Positions 18,938-28,699 of a stretch of DNA of 64,000 bases are shown here, piece by piece. Origin of the DNA: an uncultured cyanobacterium (lineage in GTDB: Bacteria > Cyanobacteriota > Cyanobacteriia > CAKZMO01); contig CAVRCJ010000003.1 in NCBI GenBank assembly GCA_963719515.1, forward strand, positions 320,001 through 384,000, in the 5' to 3' direction. The position numbers and the translations under genes were made by a program. Below the pieces are notes generated by a model. That model did not search any database, was not told the DNA's origin, and saw only the letters and a program-made list of their open reading frames with translations. Within the stretch, counting starts at the first letter, position 1; each line of letters starts with the position of its first letter.

Positions 18938-20860
18938 CTATCGCTTTAACCGGTTGAGAATACGAAGCGGTAATTCCCTGGACATGGCCGATTTGCTGAC
19001 GAAGTCATCTGCCCCGACGCCAAACGCCTGCTGCTGAATACTCGTCTCTTCGTGGACCGTGAGGAACAGAATCGGCAGCTGCCACCAGGTTTCGTCTGCC
19101 CGCAGCACCTGGCAAATTTCTAAGCCATTGGCCTCTGGCATTTCTACGTCCAATACCAGCAAGTCAGGCTGCACTGTTTCCAGCAGGGGCTGCAGCTGAG
19201 CCAGGTTGTCTAGCGTGGTGAGCTGAAAGCCCCATGGCGAGAGCAAGGTGCGCAGTAGATCTAGGACCTGAGCGTCATCGTCAACGATCATCACCTTGGC
19301 CCCGCCCTGATCGACCTGACGCATCTGCTGGACAATTTCGATGATGCCTTGAGGGGAGAGCGAGGGAGAAAGAATGCGGTCGGTCCCCTGCTGGACGAGC
19401 CGCAGCCGCTGGTGAAAATCTTGGATGTCGGTTATCGCAATGATTAACGTCTTGCTGATGGGCGGCGACGGATACAGGTCTAAGCCGTAGTCTGTCGCTT
19501 GGGGTAAGCGCTCTAGCAGCATTGTTGCCTCGTCAAGGGATGTTTCGTCTAGCCATAGCAAAATGACTGCCGGCGGCTGATCTTGCAGCCTATTACAGCC
19601 TTGGCTGGGGTCAGATAACACCGCGCTGCAAAGACCAGTAGCAGAGGCGATCGCCACTAGAGCTTGGTTCACGGAGTCACTCGCTCCCACAATCCAGAGC
19701 TCAGTGAGGGCCTGGAAGTCTTGAGAGCGGCGCGAGGCAATGGCCTCCACTGCAACTGGGACAGCGGCAGTGGCCTCGCTATCCAACTGCTGGCGGAGAC
19801 GACCTACCACCGCCGAAATGTGGGGCGAATGTTGTTCGAGGCGGGTGTTGGGCAGCAGCAGCAGCTCTAGCTCCCGAGCTAGGCGAGACCCCTCTGGAAA
19901 CCCAAAGCAGCCTAGGGCCCCTGCCAGCTTATGGGCTTGGGCACACCCAGACTGCCGCAGCTCTGGGCTTAGCTCCCCGATATTCATCGCCGCTACCAGC
20001 GCTTCCAACACCGCTAGCCGCTCCTGCATTGTGCCTCTGTGGGTTTCCCAGGCGGTGGCGATCGCGGCGGCGATATCTGAGGGGGTAGGAACTGAGGGCG
20101 GTAGGGACCGAGGACTGAGGGCGGGTGCGTCGGGCAGAGCGTCGGTGACGAGCGTCGCGCTTGACGCTACGTTGGCGGGGGCGGTATCGCGGGGGTTGAG
20201 GCGGTACCCCAACCCATATACTGTCTCGATGATGTCCTTGGGCGCTCCCCCTGCCTTTAGCTTCTGGCGTAGTCCTTTGACGTGGGTTCTGACGGCATCT
20301 TCACCAGGCGGATCTTGAAATGACCACAGGTTTTCGATGATAGTATCAAGGCTAAATACTCGGCTAGGGTGACGCAGGAATAGCTCTAGTAGCGCATATT
20401 CCTTGGGCGTGGTGTGAAGCAGATGCTCCCCGTAAAATACTTCAAAGGTGTCCGGCTTCAAGCTCAAGTCTCCCCAACGCAGCGTCGCGGTTAGCCCGGG
20501 GCTCTCTCGGCGCAGCAGCGCTCTAATGCGGGCACAAAGCTCGTCAAAATCGAATGGCTTAATCACGTAGTCGTCTGCCCCGGCGTCTAGAGCTTGGACC
20601 TTAGCCGTGCTGTCGTCATTTGCGCTCAGCATCAAAATTGGACTCTCAGTGCCTTCTGTGCGGAGCTGCCGGCACAGTGACACCCCCTCGACGTCTGGCA
20701 GCCGCATATCCAAGACGAGCAAATCGTAAGAAAAAAGCGCTAGAAACTCCTGTGCGGTTTCGCCATCCACAGCGATGTCTACCGCATAGCGCTGCTTAAT
20801 CAACGCTTCTGCCAATGTCTCCATCAGCAGTTCGTCATCGTCAATCAAGAGTAGACGCAT
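18938..20860 (-). CDS. Multidomain response regulator REC-wHTH-HPt-REC(degenerate)-REC (RcaC-like)
   Basis: LVLDMRLP, IETVYGLGYRL (OmpR wHTH), AHKLAGALGCFG (HPt), C-terminal LLVLDVEMP. Confidence 0.92.
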   Translation of the reverse strand: MRLLLIDDDELLMETLAEALIKQRYAVDIAVDGETAQEFLALFSYDLLVLDMRLPDVEGVSLCRQLRTEGTESPILMLSANDDSTAKVQALDAGADDYVIKPFDFDELCARIRALLRRESPGLTATLRWGDLSLKPDTFEVFYGEHLLHTTPKEYALLELFLRHPSRVFSLDTIIENLWSFQDPPGEDAVRTHVKGLRQKLKAGGAPKDIIETVYGLGYRLNPRDTAPANVASSATLVTDALPDAPALSPRSLPPSVPTPSDIAAAIATAWETHRGTMQERLAVLEALVAAMNIGELSPELRQSGCAQAHKLAGALGCFGFPEGSRLARELELLLLPNTRLEQHSPHISAVVGRLRQQLDSEATAAVPVAVEAIASRRSQDFQALTELWIVGASDSVNQALVAIASATGLCSAVLSDPSQGCNRLQDQPPAVILLWLDETSLDEATMLLERLPQATDYGLDLYPSPPISKTLIIAITDIQDFHQRLRLVQQGTDRILSPSLSPQGIIEIVQQMRQVDQGGAKVMIVDDDAQVLDLLRTLLSPWGFQLTTLDNLAQLQPLLETVQPDLLVLDVEMPEANGLEICQVLRADETWWQLPILFLTVHEETSIQQQAFGVGADDFVSKSAMSRELPLRILNRLKR

Positions 20861-21074
20861 CGTTACAATTTGCTGAATAGTATCTGTATGTTACGACAAC
20901 TTCCTTGAGAGTTGACTTGATAAAAAGTTGAAGTACAGCGATTTTCGATTCCGCGAGGTGTGGACTTGAGATTAGCGGCGTGAGAAACGCTGGAGAATAA
21001 CTTTGTCCTTACCCTTTGGACGCAAGTCGGTTCCCTTCAGTGGACGCGCCCCACGCGGCAAAGGTCAACAGGCC

Positions 21075-21968
21075 TTACCGCGACAGCTCTATGCGCGTAG
21101 AAGTCATCAACGCTTGAACCATGGCTCGACAGAGCGCACCCTCGACGACTTGGTCAAACCGAACAAACATGGGTGAACTGTTGAGTTCTAGAAAGGCGAG
21201 CCGTTGAGTTTTTGGGTCCGTCTTAAAGTCGGCTGCTCCAAAATCCATTCGTAGCGCCGCCATCAAGGCCCGTAGTTTCTCGACTTCAGGCTGCGGCGAG
21301 TCTAGCGGTACGAGATCTACATCCTGCTTGACGCGGTAGTCCAGAGACGGACTCTGAACCTCAAACGCAAAGGTGCGATCGCCCACCACATAAACTCGAA
21401 TTTCTGGCGCAACGAGTCGATTTTGCACAATGGCCGGAGTCGCACTACAGCCGTGGCGCGGCTGTAGCGATCGCAGCAGGTCGTCTAGGGGATAGCAAAA
21501 ATCGCCCCCCGCTACAGGTTTGGCGATCGCCTCCTTGGCGTCGAACTGCGCGAGCTGCGCGGCGTCGTTGGTGATGCAGATGCTAGGAATCGTCAGGCCC
21601 TGCTGCTGAGCCAGCATGAGCAGGGCCGGCTTGTTGCCTACGGCAGTCTGCTGCTGTCGGTTGAATAGCCGGATGTCTGGCTGAGAGAGCAGCCAGCCGT
21701 ACATTGCCTGGTACCAACCCGCCGATCGCTGCGCCGCTTGAGGCTTTTGGTCGTGAACGTCGTAGCGCAGGAAGGCCCCCCTCGGGGCGAGGGGCTGACC
21801 GTTTAGGGTCGCGCCACCGGACAGCCGCCAAGAGAAAGCTGGACTCGTCTCTGGGTGATGGCGGGCGTCCCGTATCGAGATGCCCATGAGGGTGGCAACC
21901 TCTATCAGCCGGGTGAGGTTGGGGTCCGAAGCTCCCCCGGCGATGAGTAGCGAATCTATCTGGGTCAC
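21075..21968 (-). CDS. ATP-grasp ligase (RimK-like), putative graspetide macrocyclase
   Basis: GNKP, AKPVAGG, AIVQNRL, EIRVYVVG, LDYR, FGAADFK, FLELNSSP; starts 15 nt after the precursor gene. Confidence 0.88.
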   Translation of the reverse strand: MTQIDSLLIAGGASDPNLTRLIEVATLMGISIRDARHHPETSPAFSWRLSGGATLNGQPLAPRGAFLRYDVHDQKPQAAQRSAGWYQAMYGWLLSQPDIRLFNRQQQTAVGNKPALLMLAQQQGLTIPSICITNDAAQLAQFDAKEAIAKPVAGGDFCYPLDDLLRSLQPRHGCSATPAIVQNRLVAPEIRVYVVGDRTFAFEVQSPSLDYRVKQDVDLVPLDSPQPEVEKLRALMAALRMDFGAADFKTDPKTQRLAFLELNSSPMFVRFDQVVEGALCRAMVQALMTSTRIELSR

Positions 21969-21983
21969 TGTGAGCGGGTAGCC

Positions 21984-22508
21984 TTAGTAGCGACCGAAGG
22001 GACCGCCGGGCTCTTCTTCGCCCACGGCCAGGGTGGTGACGGGACTCTCTTCCCCCAGCGCTAGGGTCGTGAAGTCCTCTTCTCCCAAGGCACGGGTAGA
22101 GGCCACTGGACCTTCTTCCCCCAGGGCGCGGGTAGAGACTACCGGATCCTCTTCGCCTAGAGCCAGGGTAGTGATCGGCGCTGGGTCAGCGGATGCCGTT
22201 CTAAATTCAGAGGCGTGAACCGTAAGTGAATTGGTCCGTGCGGTGACAATGACGGCGTCTGCGCCGTTATCCGGGGTGATGCTGATGGAGGCAGAAATGG
22301 GGGACAGCACCTGGGGAACGATGTCCGTGGGCCGGTCGGCGTCAAAGCTAAATTCGAGAACGGCATCTCCGGGGGTGGGGTCGGCGGAGTTGTCGAGCCG
22401 AGGGTTGGTCCAGCCGGGGGTGGCGGCGAGCCCAGAGGCCTGGATGCAAAGCATTGGAGGTTCGCCGTGCTTGATGACGGTGACTTGGGTGACCTGGAGA
22501 ATTTTCAT
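21984..22508 (-). CDS. Multi-core graspetide (omega-ester RiPP) precursor with five (T/S)TxxxxEE repeats
   Basis: TTLALGEE, STRALGEE, STRALGEE, TTLALGEE, TTLAVGEE after a ~110-aa N-terminal region. Confidence 0.85.
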   Translation of the reverse strand: MKILQVTQVTVIKHGEPPMLCIQASGLAATPGWTNPRLDNSADPTPGDAVLEFSFDADRPTDIVPQVLSPISASISITPDNGADAVIVTARTNSLTVHASEFRTASADPAPITTLALGEEDPVVSTRALGEEGPVASTRALGEEDFTTLALGEESPVTTLAVGEEEPGGPFGRY

Positions 22509-22654
22509 GGCACTTGCCTTCGTTGATTAAGGGGTGACGTGACAAACCAAAATTGGATTTCCATAATTTAATCCCTAAAAGGTATTTTTGGAGGCATCCT
22601 TAAGAGTGATTTTTGCGCCGTCGGATGCTAAAGATCACCTGGTGTGAAGGCTTG

Positions 22655-22683
22655 GCAGGGGCTTGGCACTGCCAAGCCCCTGC
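22655..22683. repeat. Perfect 14-bp palindrome (REP-like or terminator) between mscS and the RiPP locus
   Basis: GCAGGGGCTTGGCA-C-TGCCAAGCCCCTGC. Confidence 0.7.
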
Positions 22684-22773
22684 TACGATTTGTGTTGATC
22701 TTCGATAAATTTTGGTTATTTGCCGATAGCCGCTTCCTCAATGCGGCGCTTTCGGCAAGCACCGCTAAACCCT

Positions 22774-24672
22774 CTAGCTATCCCCCTCTTCGCCGGGACC
22801 GTCTTCGCCAGGGCCGTCAATGCTGTCAATATCGCCGTCATCCCCTTTGAAAGTAGGCTGTAGCTTGCGGCTAGGCGACCCTTTTTGGCCGTTACCATCG
22901 CTCTCGCCCTCAGAGTCCACTGAACCATTCACCTGCACCGTGGGGCGATCGCCTAGCTGCTCAAACCACCCGTCCAGCGTTTCCCGCAGCTGATCGCCGG
23001 GGTGTAGCCAAACATCGCGCTGCGGGAACGGAATTTCCGTATCATCTAGCCCCTGCATGGCTAGCTTAAACCGACGGCGGTACTCCCGCGCCACGTCCCA
23101 CTGCTTCATGGGCTTCGTCTTAATCCAGACTCGAATGATAATAGAACTGTCGCCAAAATCCTCGACGCCCAAGACTGACGGTTCTTCTAGAATAAGCTCT
23201 TGCCACTCCCCCTCAGCCATCATTTCTTGGCCCACCTCGCGAGTGATATCGAGCAGCTCATCAATGTTGGACTTGTAGCTCACCGGCAGCTTCAGGTCAG
23301 CGCGCGACCAGCGCAGCGAGTAGTTAGCTACCGCTTTGACGTCGCTCATGGGAATGCTGATCAGCCGTCCCTCCGTATCGCGCAGCTGGGTGATGCGTAG
23401 ATTTAGATTCTCTACCAACCCCCCGAATTCGCCAATTTTGACCACATCTCCAATAGCGAACTGGTCTTCCAAAATGATGAAAAAGCCGTTGACCGCTCCG
23501 TGCAGCAGGCCCTTAGCCGCTAGCGACACCGCCAAGCCGGCAATACCGATGCTGGCCAGCAGCACCCCAACATCAACGCCGGTCAGCACCAGAGCGACGA
23601 TGGTGCCAATGATAATCCAGACAAACGTGATCACGTTCTTAACCACGCTGGTAATCGTCGAAACTCGCAGCTGGGCCCGGCGGGGGACGTCGTCGTATAG
23701 CTCGTCTTCCGTGAGCTGCGACACGAAGCGGTCGATGAGGGCATAGCTGATGCGAATGCCGATGTAGGCGACGACGATGGTGATGCCAATCAGCAGGGGA
23801 ATCTTGGTCCAAACCGGTAGCTCCTGCTGCAGGTCGCGGGTTTGGGGAAATAGCCCAGCGACCCAAAATAGTGCCCCCACCAGCAGCATCGCCTGCACCA
23901 GCGGTAGAAGCCGTCTCTGCAGATCCTGCAGATGGTGCAGCTGCTGCTCTCGAAAGTGATCGCTAGGTCGCCCTTCTGTCAGCCCTCTCAGCGTCCAATG
24001 CAGGACGCGATCGCTCCAGCGAGAGATCAGCCAGGCCACCGCCGCCGCGGTGGCCATAATGGCCCCGGCAGTAATGCTTCTACGGCGCATGACCTCAATC
24101 TGCCGCTCGCCCTTGGCACGCTCTAGCACCTCAGGAATCTGCTGCTTTAGCTCTTCAGCGATCGCCCAGGGGCTAGTACCCTGAACGTCAGCATCCTTTT
24201 CGGTCACCGTCATCAGATACGAGCCGTTGACGTAAATGCTGGGCAATCCGTCGGAACTAATTCTTTTCACCTGTATGTCGGCGTCAGGGACCGAATCCTG
24301 CAGGTAGTCGTCGCGGATGCGCTGCAGATTCGTTTCAACGCGGGACTGACGCTGCTTTAGAGATGACTTGGGGGCACTCACCTGGAAAATATCTCGCCCG
24401 TCTAACTTCACCCAGCCCGCAACATGCTCCTGACTGGAGGAGGAAGACTGGGAGCCGAGGGACAGCTGCGCTAAGGTCGGGGCCGCGTAGCTCGAGACTG
24501 TAGGAAGCCGGGCCATTGGCCCTTGGGCAGATCCAGGCAGATCCAGACAGAGGATGAGGGTACTCACAAATAGCGCCGTCAGCAGCAGCCTTTTCACCTG
24601 ACGCTGCCAGCGCGTCCGCTGCGGGCGAAGAGACAGGTCAATGGGGTGACTAGATTGGTCGGCTATAGACAT
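22774..24672 (-). CDS. MscS family mechanosensitive channel with an N-terminal periplasmic domain
   Basis: GFFIILEDQFAIGDVV, GLVENLNLRITQLRD, EIPFPQ. Confidence 0.93.
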   Translation of the reverse strand: MSIADQSSHPIDLSLRPQRTRWQRQVKRLLLTALFVSTLILCLDLPGSAQGPMARLPTVSSYAAPTLAQLSLGSQSSSSSQEHVAGWVKLDGRDIFQVSAPKSSLKQRQSRVETNLQRIRDDYLQDSVPDADIQVKRISSDGLPSIYVNGSYLMTVTEKDADVQGTSPWAIAEELKQQIPEVLERAKGERQIEVMRRRSITAGAIMATAAAVAWLISRWSDRVLHWTLRGLTEGRPSDHFREQQLHHLQDLQRRLLPLVQAMLLVGALFWVAGLFPQTRDLQQELPVWTKIPLLIGITIVVAYIGIRISYALIDRFVSQLTEDELYDDVPRRAQLRVSTITSVVKNVITFVWIIIGTIVALVLTGVDVGVLLASIGIAGLAVSLAAKGLLHGAVNGFFIILEDQFAIGDVVKIGEFGGLVENLNLRITQLRDTEGRLISIPMSDVKAVANYSLRWSRADLKLPVSYKSNIDELLDITREVGQEMMAEGEWQELILEEPSVLGVEDFGDSSIIIRVWIKTKPMKQWDVAREYRRRFKLAMQGLDDTEIPFPQRDVWLHPGDQLRETLDGWFEQLGDRPTVQVNGSVDSEGESDGNGQKGSPSRKLQPTFKGDDGDIDSIDGPGEDGPGEEGDS

Positions 24673-24781
24673 AGGTCTAAGGGAGCAACGGCTTAAGTAA
24701 GTAAGACGTTAAGTAATTGTGCTCATCTAAGCATCGACCAGAAGTTAGATCGCCATCCCTCCGCAAAAGCAAACCGCCGCG

Positions 24782-25867
24782 CTAGGGCTTTGCCTCTGGC
24801 AGAATCAGCATTGCATCTCCAAACGAGTAAAACCGGTACTCCTGCTCAATGGCGGTTTGGTAGAGATCGAGCAGCCGCTGGCGGCCGATTAGGGCACTAA
24901 TCATCATCATCAGGCTGGACTTGGGCAGATGGAAGTTGGTGATCAGGCCGTCCACAACGCGCCAGCGATAGCCCGGATAGATAAAAATATTGGTCTCCCC
25001 GCAGTAAGGCTGCAGCGCTCCCAGGCTGGCAGCCCCCTCTAAGGCCCGAACGCTGGTAGTCCCCACGGCAATGACTCGGCCGCCCCTGGCCCGAGTTTCT
25101 TCCACCGCCGCCGCCACCTCAGGCGTCACCTCGATCCATTCCCCGTGCATTTCGTGAGCTGTAATATCGTCAGTCTCGACAGGGCGAAAGGTGCCAATCC
25201 CCACGTGCAGCGTCAGCGTCGCCAGGCGAACTCCCATCAGCTCTATGGTCCGCAGCAGCTCTGGGGTGAAGTGCAGCCCTGCTGTGGGGGCCGCCACCGC
25301 GCCAGGGCGATCGCTGTATACCGTCTGGTAGCGCTCGGGCTCTACGTCGGTGTGGGTGATATAGGGGGGAAGCGGCACCTGCCCTAATTGAGGCAATAGT
25401 GAGCGTAGCGGCTGCCCATTGGGAACTTTAAACTGGACGAGGCGTCCCCCAGTCGTAGGCTCAGTAGCCAGAATCTCCCCCACTACGGGCGGTCCGTCGG
25501 ATTGGTCAAAGTAAACTTCGATCCCTGGCTTGAGCCGTTTCCCCGGCTTAACTAGCGCGTGCCAGCAGTCAGGAGAATGCTCTTTGAGCAAAAATACCTC
25601 TATGGCCAGGCCACTCGCTTTGCGGCCCAGCAGTCGCGCCGGGATTACCCGCGTGTTGTTGAGCACGAGCAGGTCGCCTGCTCGCAGCCACTGAGGCAAA
25701 TCGCGAAAGCTCTGATGGCGATGACTCGTTGGGCTATCGACCACCAGCAAGCGCGAGCGATCGCGGGGCGATGCGGGCTGTTGGGCGATGCGCGCCTCGG
25801 GCAGCTCGTAGTCATAGGCAGCGAGCTGACGGTCGAGTGGACTATCGGGATCGTAGAGAGCGCCCAT
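24782..25867 (-). CDS. queA: S-adenosylmethionine:tRNA ribosyltransferase-isomerase
   Basis: PLPPYI, YQTVYS, AVAAPTAGLHF, NFHLPKSSL, YRFYSFGDAMLI. Confidence 0.98.
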   Translation of the reverse strand: MGALYDPDSPLDRQLAAYDYELPEARIAQQPASPRDRSRLLVVDSPTSHRHQSFRDLPQWLRAGDLLVLNNTRVIPARLLGRKASGLAIEVFLLKEHSPDCWHALVKPGKRLKPGIEVYFDQSDGPPVVGEILATEPTTGGRLVQFKVPNGQPLRSLLPQLGQVPLPPYITHTDVEPERYQTVYSDRPGAVAAPTAGLHFTPELLRTIELMGVRLATLTLHVGIGTFRPVETDDITAHEMHGEWIEVTPEVAAAVEETRARGGRVIAVGTTSVRALEGAASLGALQPYCGETNIFIYPGYRWRVVDGLITNFHLPKSSLMMMISALIGRQRLLDLYQTAIEQEYRFYSFGDAMLILPEAKP

Positions 25868-26020
25868 GGCTAATTCAAGGTCGAAAAGAGTTACCGTAGC
25901 TACTAAAATTGGGGAGAATTCCCCACCTTATCGACAGGAGAGTTGGGGAGGTCTCCTATATAAATCCTCAGGGATCTTCGTCAGAATAGTACTGTAACAC
26001 CGGCATAGCACCCCCCTCCG

Positions 26021-26407
26021 ATGGACTATACGTACCGCCTCGCGAATGCCAGCCTCACCCTCAGGGTTGTTGAGTCTCTTAACCGAGCCCAGATGACCGT
26101 CAGGTTCATGACCGTCATCCACCAGATCGATGGTTGGGTGATAAAAATTAGGCTTGCCCATCCCCTGTCTGCTCAAGATGACGGCGACTTTCGAGCGTTT
26201 CTCAACGAGGTTGGCATCCCCTATACCCCAGACGTGCGGATGAAAATGACGTTCTGGGGACTAGAGACAGGTCAATCGCCCGTGGATGTGATGCGCCGCT
26301 ACCAGGTGGCGATCGTGTCCCACGGTGCGCCGGACTCTACGGAAATCGAGGCTTTCAGGCTGGAGTTCGTGAAGGGGTTGGGCTACTGCCCAGAGACCCT
26401 GGCCTAG
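26021..26407 (+). CDS. Hypothetical protein (paralog of 18498-18887)
   Basis: LANASLTLRVVE...AIVSHGAP...GLGYCPETLA. Confidence 0.82.
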   Translation: MDYTYRLANASLTLRVVESLNRAQMTVRFMTVIHQIDGWVIKIRLAHPLSAQDDGDFRAFLNEVGIPYTPDVRMKMTFWGLETGQSPVDVMRRYQVAIVSHGAPDSTEIEAFRLEFVKGLGYCPETLA

Positions 26408-27327
26408 TCGCTGTACCAGAACACGTCGGCAGCGCCTTCAGAAGCTTCTGCATCGACGGTACTACTCAGCGCCTCGGTGGGGCTGAGCAGTACCGTTGTC
26501 TGCTGCAAAGACTCTCCCAGTCGGCGGGATACCCGGCTGGGGATACCGTAGCCGTATAGGACATGGCCGCTGCCCGCCAGCACTACCACCCGCGTCTCCG
26601 GTGAGGCCTGCTTAAATTTGGCCACCGTCGCCGCCATCGTTTCGTCCCACACCACCTGCGCCGCGAAGAAATTCTCAAAGTCGAAGTTCCCGTGGCTGCC
26701 ATGTCCCCCAAACGCAGCCTGAACAAACTCTCGGTATTCGAGGCTGCTAGTATCCAGATCCTCTAAAGGGGGAATATAGCGAAAGTCTTGGGCCTCCAGG
26801 CTTTCAAGGCCTTCTCTAGCCACCTGACGCACCACCTCGCTCGGGGCGTTGAGGGCCAGCAGAGGGATTTGGTGGGCCTGGGCAAAGCGGACAATGGGCG
26901 CATAATACTGCCAAGGAAAGCCCCAGCGCTGCCCGTACTCGCTCTGGATCACCAGCTCCTCCTCAGAAATCTCTCCCGCTAGGTAGCGATCGAGTACAGG
27001 CTGGAAGGGGCGCTGAAACATCTCTAGGGCGATCGCCATATCGGGATCTTCGGCGTAGAGCGCCTGGATAATCTCAAGCTGGGCCATGTGGTCAGCGTCG
27101 CTGTCGTGGCGCTCCCCAAGGTAAACCACGTCGGTGAGCAGCGCTTCTAAATCGGCTGCGGGGCTAGAGCGAGCTGTCGGGGCGCTGACCCCCGGCAGTT
27201 CGCCTGCAGCTGAACAGGCCGCTGGACTAGCGAGCATTAGGGTGATGCCCAAAAGGCTGCAGCCGAGTCGCCATCGAGAGGAGGATGTCATGGGCAAGGG
27301 AGATTCAGATAGGGCGATTGAGTCCAC
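26404..27327 (-). CDS. ChaN family heme-binding lipoprotein
   Basis: Lipobox-like SPAAC; VVYLGERHD, ALEMF, AQVVWDETMA, LAGSGH, GIPSR. Confidence 0.88.
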   Translation of the reverse strand: MDSIALSESPLPMTSSSRWRLGCSLLGITLMLASPAACSAAGELPGVSAPTARSSPAADLEALLTDVVYLGERHDSDADHMAQLEIIQALYAEDPDMAIALEMFQRPFQPVLDRYLAGEISEEELVIQSEYGQRWGFPWQYYAPIVRFAQAHQIPLLALNAPSEVVRQVAREGLESLEAQDFRYIPPLEDLDTSSLEYREFVQAAFGGHGSHGNFDFENFFAAQVVWDETMAATVAKFKQASPETRVVVLAGSGHVLYGYGIPSRVSRRLGESLQQTTVLLSPTEALSSTVDAEASEGAADVFWYSD

Positions 27328-27568
27328 AGTGCAGCGTTAGCGCCACGGCGCTAGCCAACACCATCGAGGACAGGCTATCACAACCCGCGAGCAGCAGGCT
27401 CTGGTAGCTGAGCAGGCAAACGGCTAGGGCAACCCCGGCAGGAAAAGTCAACGACTCGGCCATCGTATCAGCGACGTCGGCCACATACTCTAAAAACTCG
27501 AGCAGTCGAAGAAATCTGTGAAGTATTGCCATAAGATCTAGCCATTTGAGAGAAAGGGCAAAGGGTCT

Positions 27569-28027
27569 CTAAAGAAGGTCAGTCATCCGACTCAGCAAGA
27601 TTTGCTGGGGAACTCGACCCACAAAGCTGTCGGCAACGGTGTGGTTTGAATCTAGCAGCGTCAGGTGAGGAACGCCGCTCACCTTGAACTGCGCAATCTG
27701 CTGCCGCCACTGCGGATCATCGATGTCGAGCATGACAAAGTTGACCTGATTTTCCACCTGATGGTGAATATCCTGCAGCGCTGGTGCTATGGCCTGACAG
27801 GTGGTGCACCAGTCAGCGTAGAACTCGATTAGGGTCGGTTTTGGGCTAGCCATGGCCAGCTCGTAGGGCATGGCCGCTGCGGCAGTTTCCCTGAGCGCTA
27901 TTAGCCCTGACACCGAGGACAGGCTTTGGGCGGAAGTGCCGGGGCGCGTCAGCAACAGGGTGGCGATCGCAAAGAGGCCTACCAAGGCAGCTGAGATTAG
28001 GCCGGCTTTGTTTGTATTAAGTGCCAT
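27569..28027 (-). CDS. Membrane-anchored thioredoxin (HCF164/TxlA/ResA-like)
   Basis: N-terminal TM helix, EFYADWCTTC, SGVPH; start ATG 28027 avoids overlap with the globin. Confidence 0.88.
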   Translation of the reverse strand: MALNTNKAGLISAALVGLFAIATLLLTRPGTSAQSLSSVSGLIALRETAAAAMPYELAMASPKPTLIEFYADWCTTCQAIAPALQDIHHQVENQVNFVMLDIDDPQWRQQIAQFKVSGVPHLTLLDSNHTVADSFVGRVPQQILLSRMTDLL

Positions 28028-28031
28028 GGGT

Positions 28032-28559
28032 TCAATGGACGCCGTACTTAAAATGGGTCGTTGAGTCAATCAGCTCGCGAAACGAGGGACTGACCTCTCC
28101 GTAGAGATCTAGCCATTCGTAAAAGGTCAGCTCTCCTTTGAGGTGGGCTTCGGGGTTATGCGCTCCTTCTATCATGATGCTGCTGATTAGCTGGTAGGCC
28201 TGCAGCCAGGCCTCCGCCAATTCTGGGGTCCATCCCTCGCCCAAATAATCCTTTAGCGCCTGCAGCAATGCTTGACCCACCATGGGATAGTGATCCTTTT
28301 CGGTTCCTTTAGTGACGTGATGGGCTCCTAGCCCCTGCAGTGCCTGAGATAGGGCGTGGGTGTTGTGTAGGTTCTCGACGATTAGGGCGAGAGAGGCCAC
28401 GAGCTTTTTTTGCTGTAGCTCAGGGCTAACATCGGCAAACATCGGCTTCAGCTCAGGGTTGTTCTCAAACAGATGACCGTAAAAGCTGCCAGAGAAGGCG
28501 ATCGCGTTGGGTTTAACTTTCTCGAAGCTGTTTTCAATCAGCGCTAGGGTATCAGGCAT
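28032..28559 (-). CDS. Single-domain globin (flavohemoglobin/Vgb-like) with a C-terminal extension
   Basis: SFYGHLF (B10 Tyr), PMF (CD1), QQKKL (E7 Gln), LGAHH (F8 His), HYPMVG; start ATG 28559. Confidence 0.92.
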   Translation of the reverse strand: MPDTLALIENSFEKVKPNAIAFSGSFYGHLFENNPELKPMFADVSPELQQKKLVASLALIVENLHNTHALSQALQGLGAHHVTKGTEKDHYPMVGQALLQALKDYLGEGWTPELAEAWLQAYQLISSIMIEGAHNPEAHLKGELTFYEWLDLYGEVSPSFRELIDSTTHFKYGVH

Positions 28560-28699
28560 GGAGGATGATTTAAAGTTTGTTGAGCGACCGCAGTAGGTCC
28601 AAGGGTGAATTTTAGAGGAGTCGTAGGGACACCGCATGCGGTGTCTCCATATCGTATAGATGCCCATCCAAGGATTGGATACAGGCCCCGATGGAAAGA

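Noticed and set aside
20878..20896. Possible NtcA site upstream of the RcaC-like gene
   Set aside because: Spacing is GTA-N9-TAC, not GTA-N8-TAC.
22011..22175. DNA repeats of ~30-36 nt
   Set aside because: Explained by the coding repeats of the graspetide precursor.
27305..27532. 75-aa hydrophobic ORF between thioredoxin and ChaN
   Set aside because: No recognisable motif and it overlaps the ChaN start; cannot be supported as a gene.
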